Source: Candidatus Stahliibacteriota bacterium
GTDB taxonomy: Bacteria > Hydrothermota > Tepidihabitantia > B3-TA06
NCBI GenBank assembly: GCA_004375895.1
Contig: SOJW01000057.1
Coordinates: 11,063 to 75,062 of the forward strand
Reading direction: 5' to 3'
DNA length: 64,000 nucleotides
The position numbers and the translations under genes were made by a program. How positions within the stretch are numbered: the stretch's first letter is position 1; the number at the start of each line of letters is the position of its first letter. A model generated the notes under the pieces. That model was not told the DNA's origin. It searched no databases and was given only the letters and a program-made list of their open reading frames with translations. This document shows positions 27,046-34,044 of the stretch, piece after piece.

Positions 27046-27046
27046 G

Positions 27047-27139
27047 TTAATGGATCAGTATCACCTTGTGAGTGGTCGCTGACGCGTCACCATCAATCCT
27101 GACGAAGTAGACGCCGGGCCCGTAACCTTCGCCCCAGGT
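27047..27139 (-). pseudogene. 3' remnant of a T9SS-cargo gene (C-terminal sorting-domain tail only)
   Basis: The minus strand reads TWGEGYGPGVYFVRIDGDASATTHKVILIH-stop. This matches the tails of the four intact T9SS cargo genes here. An in-frame stop ~35 nt upstream leaves no room for the rest of the gene. Confidence 0.55.
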
Positions 27140-27147
27140 TTGCCTGC

Positions 27148-27175
27148 TTGACTTGTGAATCCAAACGGTTATAGT
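27148..27175 (+). promoter_or_regulatory. sigma70-type promoter TTGACT-16-TATAGT abutting the hicB-like start
   Basis: The -10 ends at 27175 and the ATG is at 27182, 7 nt downstream, so the transcript is probably leaderless. Confidence 0.55.
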
Positions 27176-27181
27176 TTAAGT

Positions 27182-27388
27182 ATGAGACAGGTTGTTATCT
27201 ATCGAGGTGAAGACGGATACTGGGTGGCCGAGTGCCCCAGTTTGCCCGGCTGCGTTTCTCAAGGGAAAACCAAGGAAAAGGCGGTAGCCAACGTCAAGGA
27301 AGCAATCGAGGGATACATCGAGGCACTCAAAGAAGACGGCATTCCTGTCCCGGAAGAACGCTTCGAGACAATCGTTGTCGCGGTGTGA
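27182..27388 (+). CDS. hicB: HicB/UPF0150-family antitoxin-like protein (no HicA partner found)
   Basis: 68 aa: MRQVVIYRGEDGYWVAECPSLPGCVSQGKTKEKAVANVKEAIEGYIEALKEDGIPVP. Confidence 0.75.
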   Translation: MRQVVIYRGEDGYWVAECPSLPGCVSQGKTKEKAVANVKEAIEGYIEALKEDGIPVPEERFETIVVAV

Positions 27389-27478
27389 CAAATTAACACC
27401 CCACAACATTACTCCGTAACCGTCGTCGCAAGCGTGCTTCGCACTTTAGCGGGGACCCCGAAAAGAATAAGAAAGTAG

Positions 27479-27500
27479 GGGCTGACCTTCAGGTCAGCCC
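27479..27500. repeat. H1-family hairpin (GGGCTGACC-TTCA-GGTCAGCCC), inverse orientation
   Basis: Preceded by GTAG. A longer-loop relative lies at 27517-27561. Confidence 0.8.
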
Positions 27501-27569
27501 GAAGTTTTATGTGAGCGGGCCGACTTGACGCGAAGCGGCGTTTAATCGCCAAAGTCGGCCCCTACGAAC

Positions 27570-27597
27570 TTGACAAACATCTGCAGTCGAATACTCT
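27570..27597 (+). promoter_or_regulatory. sigma70-type promoter TTGACA-16-TACTCT
   Basis: Upstream of RBS AAAGGAG (27604-27610) and ATG 27621. Confidence 0.4.
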
Positions 27598-27620
27598 TAG
27601 CCAAAAGGAGAAAACTACTT

Positions 27621-28394
27621 ATGATTAAGAAGTCAGTTTTCATGGTGATGCCCTTCGAAGATAAGAACGCTCAGGAGATATACGAACATTGCACCAAGAA
27701 AGTATGCGAGAAGTTCGGTCTAGAAATTAGACGTGCAGACGAATTGTTCACAACGAACGTAATACTTGATGATATTCTTGAGGAGATAAAAAACGCCTCA
27801 GTAATAATCGTCGATATTTCAGGCAAGAATGCAAACGTATTCTATGAACTTGGTATGGCTCATATACTCAAGCCCCAGCAAACCATAATGATAACAAACG
27901 AACCCCCACACGATGCACCATTTGATATCCAACATTTTAGAATAATACATTACGACAATACCGTTAAAGGAGGTAAATTATTTGAGGATAAGTTAGCGAA
28001 GACATTAGAAAATCTACTGCAAGATTACGGGCTTTTGTACGAAGATGAATTCGAATTCCTTGCAAACTTCCTAGGCACTCCCCTTCTGTTTGATCTGCTT
28101 ATCACTGAACAACTTCCCTTATTGTCTCATCCTCATAAAGGTGAGCGTATTGCGTATAAATGTAGTTCACAAGATATGAAGTCTTCAGGAACCTTCCCAT
28201 TAGGCGATAGCGAACAATTTGAAGATTGGTATCTTGATAGTCTTATAAAAATGAAATACGTGACCAAACACCAGAATCTAGTTCTCTTAACGGAAAAAGG
28301 GAAAGCCTTTGTCTCCTACCTCGAAAAAAAGGGGTTTGCGTGCAAAATAATAAAATACAGAGGCCAGAAACCACCTTGGTCAAAACTAGATTGA
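27621..28394 (+). CDS. nucleoside 2-deoxyribosyltransferase-like/TIR-related Rossmannoid domain fused to a putative winged-helix domain
   Basis: 257 aa: VFMVMPF ... ILDDILEEIKNASVIIVDISGKNANVFYELGMAH, then a C-terminal YVTKHQNLVLLTEKGKAFVSYLEKKG. Strongly AT-rich relative to the flanks (by eye). Confidence 0.5.
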   Translation: MIKKSVFMVMPFEDKNAQEIYEHCTKKVCEKFGLEIRRADELFTTNVILDDILEEIKNASVIIVDISGKNANVFYELGMAHILKPQQTIMITNEPPHDAPFDIQHFRIIHYDNTVKGGKLFEDKLAKTLENLLQDYGLLYEDEFEFLANFLGTPLLFDLLITEQLPLLSHPHKGERIAYKCSSQDMKSSGTFPLGDSEQFEDWYLDSLIKMKYVTKHQNLVLLTEKGKAFVSYLEKKGFACKIIKYRGQKPPWSKLD

Positions 28395-28467
28395 TCTCTA
28401 TGTAAATCCGAGATGCAGGGGGCGATTCGTGAATCGCCACTACGACTAAGGTTAAGTTTCTTCCTAC

Positions 28468-28495
28468 TTGCATCCTTCCGATAATCAAATATACT
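28468..28495 (+). promoter_or_regulatory. sigma70-type promoter TTGCAT-16-TATACT
   Basis: Upstream of the ACP-kbl pair (RBS AAGGAG before ATG 28556). Confidence 0.45.
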
Positions 28496-28555
28496 ACTGG
28501 GCTATTTGTGAGGGGGAAGGTTGTTTGAAATTAAAAACAAAAGCAAGGAGCAGAA

Positions 28556-28819
28556 ATGCTTGATGAAAAGCAGTTACAAGACGCGGTTCTTGCCTACGTC
28601 AAGGACGAGTACGTCGAAGACGAGGAAGAGGCGGAAGAACTTACCCCGGACACACCGCTCATCTCAGGTGGAATAGTTGACTCCTTCTCCATGGTCTCAC
28701 TCAAGGTGTTTTTAGAGAAGCGCTACCAGATCCAGATCCCGGACGCAGACGCCACACCACAGTCGTTCGACACCGTGAACAAGATCGTGGAGCTGGTAAA
28801 ACGTTTCAAGGGGGAGTAG
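28556..28819 (+). CDS. acyl/peptidyl carrier protein
   Basis: 87 aa, acidic. The phosphopantetheine attachment motif GGIVDSFSMVSL is present. The stop directly abuts the kbl start. Confidence 0.75.
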   Translation: MLDEKQLQDAVLAYVKDEYVEDEEEAEELTPDTPLISGGIVDSFSMVSLKVFLEKRYQIQIPDADATPQSFDTVNKIVELVKRFKGE

Positions 28820-30067
28820 ATGGCATACAGCGATAAGGTTCGCGAGCACTACCAGAAGACCATTGAAGAGATCCGCGAGGGGGGTCTTTTCAAGGAGGAG
28901 CGGTTCATCCACTCCCCCCAGGCCGCAGACATCAAGGTCGAGTATCCGGAAGGTGCAGAGCTTGCCAGCCTCATCAACATGTGCGCCAACAACTACCTGG
29001 GTCTTTCCTCGCATCCTGAGGTGATAAAGGCCGCACACGAGGGGCTTGATTCCCGGGGCTACGGGATGAGCTCGGTGCGCTTCATCTGCGGGACACAGGA
29101 CATACACCGCGAGCTGCAGGACAAGCTGACAAAGTTCCTGGGCACCGAGGACACGGTGCTGTTCCCCTCGTGCATGGACGCCAACGCCGGCGTGTTCGAG
29201 GCTATACTGGGCGAGGAGGACGTGATCATCGCCGATCGCCTTGTTCACGCCTCTTTGATCGACGGCATCCGGCTGTGCAAGGCGCAATACGATTCGTTCA
29301 AGCACATGAACATGGATCATCTTGAGCAGAAGCTCGAGATGCATCAGGACAAGCGCATCCGGCTGGTGGTGACCGACGGCGTGTTCAGTATGGACGGCGA
29401 CTTTGCACCGCTCGATAAGATGGTCGAACTTTGTGAACGCTACGATTCCATGATCCTGCTGGATGATTCCCACGCCACCGGCTTCATCGGAAAGACCGGA
29501 AAAGGCACGCACGAGCACTTCGGTGTTGTTGGTAAAATCGATGTCATTACCACGACCCTGGGCAAGGCTTTGGGCGGGGCGTCAGGTGGATGCGTCTCAG
29601 GCCGTGCAGAGATCGTTGAGATGTGCAAACAGAGAGCAAGGCCTTACCTCTTTTCAAACACCATGCCTCCGGTGATCGTTGCCGCCGCGTCGAGGGTGAT
29701 GGATATAATCTCACAGACCACCGAGCGCCGGGATAAACTGGAGCAGAACACAAAATACTTCCGGGAGAAGATGACCGAGGCCGGGTTCGACATCCGTCCT
29801 GGCGAGACGCCCATCGTGCCGGTTATGCTCTACAACGCCCAGCTCTCTCAGGACATAGCCCACGACCTCTACGCCGAAGGGATCTACGTGATCGGGTTCT
29901 TCTACCCGGTGGTACCTCAGGGCCAGGCGCGTATCCGCTGCCAGCTCTCCGCCGCGCATGATAAGGAACACCTGGATAAGGCGATTGCCGCATTCAAGAA
30001 GATCGGCGCCAAGCACGGTATCCTGGGACTGAAGAAGAAGGAGATAATCGAGAAGTACGGGCTTTAG
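28820..30067 (+). CDS. kbl: glycine C-acetyltransferase (2-amino-3-ketobutyrate CoA ligase), alpha-oxoamine synthase family
   Basis: 415 aa, collinear with E. coli Kbl (GLFKEER, CANNYLGL, SVRFICGTQD, DGVFSMDG, PLP-Lys in TLGKALGGASGG, FFYPVVPQGQARIR). Roughly half the residues are identical by eye. Confidence 0.88.
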   Translation: MAYSDKVREHYQKTIEEIREGGLFKEERFIHSPQAADIKVEYPEGAELASLINMCANNYLGLSSHPEVIKAAHEGLDSRGYGMSSVRFICGTQDIHRELQDKLTKFLGTEDTVLFPSCMDANAGVFEAILGEEDVIIADRLVHASLIDGIRLCKAQYDSFKHMNMDHLEQKLEMHQDKRIRLVVTDGVFSMDGDFAPLDKMVELCERYDSMILLDDSHATGFIGKTGKGTHEHFGVVGKIDVITTTLGKALGGASGGCVSGRAEIVEMCKQRARPYLFSNTMPPVIVAAASRVMDIISQTTERRDKLEQNTKYFREKMTEAGFDIRPGETPIVPVMLYNAQLSQDIAHDLYAEGIYVIGFFYPVVPQGQARIRCQLSAAHDKEHLDKAIAAFKKIGAKHGILGLKKKEIIEKYGL

Positions 30068-30327
30068 TGCTCCTTTCGTCGCCAGAGGTGACGAAAGATC
30101 GCAGGGCTTGCGGGCTCCATCACGACAAAGGAGTCCTTACTTTGCCGGAATGCAAAAAGCCCTCAGAATCGGAAGGGGCCTTCTTTCTCTATAAGGGAAC
30201 ATTCGGATTCGCTAGGAACATATCCGCCCACCATACGAAAAGACTAAGCGGTCAGGCGACCGCTCTTCAAATTGTAGTATTCATTGACTTTCTTCTACGG
30301 CTCCTTGATACAGCACAACACAGCTGA
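30067..30327 (+). pseudogene. fragment resembling the C-terminal TIGR02391 (Hypoth_Ymh) domain
   Basis: FFLYKGTFGFARNISAHHTKRLSGQATALQIVVFIDFLLRLLDTAQ matches the RNxxAH helix pattern I recall for that family. There is no credible N-terminal part or RBS. Confidence 0.35.
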
Positions 30328-30540
30328 GTGATCCCGTTTTATGGAGTGCAACGACCGCGTCGTTGCTGCGACAACATGGTTGTCGCACTCCAAAGGTTCG
30401 CAATATTTCACAGAGGGCACAAGTATCGAACAGACAAGAGTGTCTGTTCCGTATGTATCTTCATAGGAATTTGGGCGCAACCGAGCCGGTTACTTCGTCG
30501 GCTTCGCTCTTCGGACAAAAGATCGCAAACAAAATCGTAG

Positions 30541-30562
30541 GGGCCGACCTTTAGGTCGGCCC
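30541..30562. repeat. H1 hairpin GGGCCGACC-TTTA-GGTCGGCCC, inverse orientation
   Basis: Preceded by GTAG. Confidence 0.85.
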
Positions 30563-30648
30563 GATTCATTCCTTGTTCCTTTTCGTCTGACGGCGAAAAG
30601 GTCGCAGAAATCCAAAAGGTGGAGGTCAACTTCAGCTGGCCTCTTTTC

Positions 30649-30732
30649 TGGGGTCCCCGCGAATATGCAAAGCAGATTCGTGGGGTATAAAGCCGGGGTC
30701 CCCGCGACGGAGCGCAGCTACTTCGTGGGGTG
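30649..30732 (+). repeat. two tandem H5 repeats (GGGGTCCCCGYGA-N15-17-TTCGTGGGGTR)
   Basis: Copies at 30649-30688 and 30693-30732. The second supplies the last codons (KLNHPTK) and the stop of mutS. Confidence 0.8.
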
Positions 30733-33294
30733 GTTTAGTTTTTCCTGCCAACGGATGAGCTTCTGCAGGGCTTCGATGGGTGAAAGGGAGTCCAGGTCAA
30801 GTTCGGCAAGCTCGGCGGCGATCTCGTCCTGAACCGCACCGGTGAAGAGCCGAAGCTGAACCTTCTTCTCGGTCAAAATCTCGTCTATCGAGACCGTCTC
30901 CCCTCCGTAGATGCGTTCCAGGAGAAACCGTGCGCGCTCCACCACAGCCTTTGGCAGACCGGCCAGCCTGGCAACCTCGATACCGTAGCTCTGGTCAGAA
31001 GGTTCATATCTGAGCTTGCGCAGGAAGAGGACGCCGTCTTTGGTTCGTTTTACCGAGAAACTGACGTTTCTCAGCCCTTTGAAATGAGCGGCAAGCTCGG
31101 TGAGCTCGTGATAGTGGGTGGCGAAGAGGGTCTTGGGGCGCAGCTCGGGCGAGCTGTGAAGGTACTCGATTACGGCCCAGGCGATGGCCATCCCGTCGTA
31201 GGTGGATGTGCCCCGGCCTATCTCGTCGAGTATTACGAGGCTTTTGGGAGTCGCCGAGCGCAGGATGTTTGCGGTCTCGGCCATCTCGGCAAGGAAGGTG
31301 GAGACGCCGCGCGAGAGGTCGTCCGATGCGCCGATCCGGGTGAATATCTTGTCTACAAGACCGATGGAGGCCTTGCGTGCAGGCACGAACGAACCCATCT
31401 GGGCCATGATAACCGCCAAAGCCACCTGCCTGAGATAGGTGGACTTGCCTGACATGTTGGGCCCGGTGACCAGGAGGACGAGGTTTTCCTCGGTATCGAG
31501 GCGCACGTCGTTGGGGATGAAGCGTTCTGCAAGGAGCTTCTCCACCACCGGATGGCGAGAGGAGGTGATGCGAATCTCATCGTCTTCGGTGATTTGAGGT
31601 TTAACATACTGATTCTCACGTGCCGCCTGGGCCAGGGAGCGCAACACGTCTACCTCGGCCATCACGTCGGCCAGCGCCTTGAAAGAGCGCGAGCGCCCGG
31701 CAAGCTTCTCCCTGAAGGCTAAAAACATCTCGTACTCGATTATCTTGGAACGCTCTTCGGCGGTTAGGATTTTTTGCTCAAGCTCCTTTAACTCAGGGGT
31801 GAAGAAGCGTTCGGCTGAAACCAGGGTCTGCTTGCGGATGTAGTGGGAAGGGACCTTTGATGCAAGGCTGCGCGGAACCTCGATGTAGTAGCCGAACACG
31901 CTGTTGTAGCCGACCTTGAGTTTATTGATACCTGTGGCGGATCGTTCCTTGAGCTGAAGGGAGGCGATGTGGGAGCGGGCATCTTGGGTAAGGCTTCTAA
32001 GCTCGTCTAATTCTTCATTGACACCCTTGTTTATGATTCCCCCTTCCAACAGGACCACAGAGGGATCACCGATTATGGTTTGCTCAATCTCGGTTGCCAG
32101 CTTGCTAAAATCCTCTATCCTTTCAGCAAGTCCTTTCAGTAGATTGGATTGGGCCTTCTTTAGCTCCCCCTTAATCTCTGCACCTAACCTCAAGATAGCT
32201 CCCAACCTTCTCACCTCCCGCGGGTTGGCGCGCTGGGTCGCGATCTTTGAAACCAGCCGCTCCGGGTCCCCTGTTTCTTTGAGAAGTTCTCCTAGATTGT
32301 CGGATAGCTCCTTGTTTGTAAAAAGTTCTTCTACGGCATCCAGCCGGGCGTTGATCTCCTGTCTGTCTCTCAGTGGAAAGATGAGCCAGCGCCGCAGGAG
32401 CCGGGTGCCCGGAGGGGTAAGGGTGCGGTTGAGTACCGAGAAAAGGGAACCTTCGGCGGAGCGGTCACGCTGGCGTTCAAGGAGTTCAAGGTTGCGCTGG
32501 GTGAACTCGTCTACAACGAGATAGTGGCCGCTGTCAAATACTCGTAAGCCCTCGATGTGCGGCAGGACGCTCTTCTTCTGCTCGGTGAGATATGAGAGCA
32601 CCGCACCCGCGGCCCGCAGCGCCAAAGCACGCCCCTCCAATCCCAATCCTTCCAGGGTAGCCACCTTGAAGTGGTCGAGCAGTTTTCCCGCAGCGATCTC
32701 TTCGTCGAAAAGATAGCCTGCTACAGGCGCAATCGCGGCATCAAAGGAAACCGGACGCCAGGTCTCATCCTCGGCTAAAAGAAGCTCCCTGGGCGCGATC
32801 TTGGCCAGATGTTCTTCTACTTCTCCGATTGCCGCTTCCCCGCAGGTGAACTCGCCGGTGGATACGTCGGCATAGGCGATTCCAGCTTTGCCCTCGACTT
32901 TTATCACCGCCGCCAGATAGTTGCCCGCTGACGCATCAAGCATCTCCTCACTGGCGATGGTTCCAGGGGTGATGACCTCGGTAACGTCGCGTTTAAGGAG
33001 TTTCTTCTTCGGATCGGGAAGCTCGGTCTGTTCGCAGATAGCCACCTTTAGCCCGGCCTTGACCAGCTTGGTAAGGTAGGTCTCGTAGCTTTTTACCGGA
33101 ACACCTGCGAGAGGGATATCGCTCGAGGTCCCATATCGCCTGGAAGTCAGAGCTATCCCCAGCACCCTCGCCGCGGTCTTGGCGTCATCGTAGAGCATCT
33201 CGTAGAAGTCGCCCATCCTGAAGAAAAGTAGCGCGTCAGGATAGCGCCGCTTGATCTCGTGATACTGTTTGAGAAGTGGGGTTAAGTCGGCCAA
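30718..33294 (-). CDS. mutS: DNA mismatch repair protein MutS
   Basis: 858 aa with N-terminal TPLLKQYHEIKRRYPDALLFFRMGDFYE and Walker A GPNMSGKSTYLRQ. Confidence 0.95.
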   Translation of the reverse strand: MADLTPLLKQYHEIKRRYPDALLFFRMGDFYEMLYDDAKTAARVLGIALTSRRYGTSSDIPLAGVPVKSYETYLTKLVKAGLKVAICEQTELPDPKKKLLKRDVTEVITPGTIASEEMLDASAGNYLAAVIKVEGKAGIAYADVSTGEFTCGEAAIGEVEEHLAKIAPRELLLAEDETWRPVSFDAAIAPVAGYLFDEEIAAGKLLDHFKVATLEGLGLEGRALALRAAGAVLSYLTEQKKSVLPHIEGLRVFDSGHYLVVDEFTQRNLELLERQRDRSAEGSLFSVLNRTLTPPGTRLLRRWLIFPLRDRQEINARLDAVEELFTNKELSDNLGELLKETGDPERLVSKIATQRANPREVRRLGAILRLGAEIKGELKKAQSNLLKGLAERIEDFSKLATEIEQTIIGDPSVVLLEGGIINKGVNEELDELRSLTQDARSHIASLQLKERSATGINKLKVGYNSVFGYYIEVPRSLASKVPSHYIRKQTLVSAERFFTPELKELEQKILTAEERSKIIEYEMFLAFREKLAGRSRSFKALADVMAEVDVLRSLAQAARENQYVKPQITEDDEIRITSSRHPVVEKLLAERFIPNDVRLDTEENLVLLVTGPNMSGKSTYLRQVALAVIMAQMGSFVPARKASIGLVDKIFTRIGASDDLSRGVSTFLAEMAETANILRSATPKSLVILDEIGRGTSTYDGMAIAWAVIEYLHSSPELRPKTLFATHYHELTELAAHFKGLRNVSFSVKRTKDGVLFLRKLRYEPSDQSYGIEVARLAGLPKAVVERARFLLERIYGGETVSIDEILTEKKVQLRLFTGAVQDEIAAELAELDLDSLSPIEALQKLIRWQEKLNHPTK

Positions 33295-33300
33295 TTTAAG

Positions 33301-34044
33301 CTATCGTTTGACGACCATCGCGGCCTTGCCTTGCGCCCTCAGGTCCTCCGCGTAGGCTGAGGCCTCTTGCTGGGTAGCGAATGGGCCAAGCCAGAGCCTG
33401 TAGTAGATCCTTCCGGCGATTGTCGCCTGCCTTATCTCACCTGCACGTCCCTTATCGCGATACTCTGAAAGCAGCATCTCGGCCCGCGAACGATCGATAA
33501 AGGAGCCAACCTGAACCGCGTAACCACCTTGGGTAGCGCTCGTGGTAGTCGTATCTCCAATATCCTCCAGTTCCTTTGCGGCAAGCGAGGACCAGATGCT
33601 CCCTGCTCCTCTGGACTGGGCCTTGTGAAAGTGAACTGCAGCCGTAGATTTATCCTCCAGAATCATGTAGCATACACCCAGCCAGTAGTTGGTCTCGGCC
33701 AGCAGAGGGGTCGCAGGATAAAGTGAAAGAAGCTGCTTGAGCTTCGTAGTGGCCTGCTGGTAAAGTCCGAAGGCGTAATCGATCGAGGCGGCTTCAAACA
33801 GGGCGCTGTCCGCATATGGACTCGCGCCATGCCTGGCAACGACCCGCAGGTAAAGCTCTCGCGCGGTACCAGGGTCAGATTCAAGTCGCGCGAGCCAGAG
33901 TGTGGCCTGTGCAACGCCTGCGTCGTTGGGACGCTCGCTAACGAACGCCGCAAAATGCCTGCGGCCGGCCTCGTACTCCCCGGCACGAGCAGCAGCCAAG
34001 CCGTCGTTAAGGCTTGCCCCTAAAAGAAACAGCAACCCGATCAT
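33301..34044 (-). CDS. TPR + SPOR domain protein
   Basis: C-terminal SPOR (YAVQVGSF ... YRLWLGPF). Start moved to 34044, where the ATG overlaps the upstream stop as ATGA. Confidence 0.75.
   Translation of the reverse strand: MIGLLFLLGASLNDGLAAARAGEYEAGRRHFAAFVSERPNDAGVAQATLWLARLESDPGTARELYLRVVARHGASPYADSALFEAASIDYAFGLYQQATTKLKQLLSLYPATPLLAETNYWLGVCYMILEDKSTAAVHFHKAQSRGAGSIWSSLAAKELEDIGDTTTTSATQGGYAVQVGSFIDRSRAEMLLSEYRDKGRAGEIRQATIAGRIYYRLWLGPFATQQEASAYAEDLRAQGKAAMVVKR

Noticed and set aside
27000-27620. Search for a HicA toxin partner of the HicB-like gene
   Set aside because: No 50-70-aa ORF with the HicA pattern (basic, GSH..., dsRBD-like) is readable on either strand upstream or downstream. 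The flanks are repeat hairpins and a T9SS tail remnant.
28712-29518. 268-aa ORF antisense to kbl; similar long antisense ORFs at 15801-16667, 12389-13219, 39132-39863, 35956-36666, 31967-32524 and 23574-24272
   Set aside because: Each lies fully inside, and opposite to, a gene with strong homology-type motifs. Their translations are low-complexity or Arg/Gly/Leu/His-rich, as expected for the reverse strand of GC-rich coding DNA. None has an RBS or any recognisable motif.
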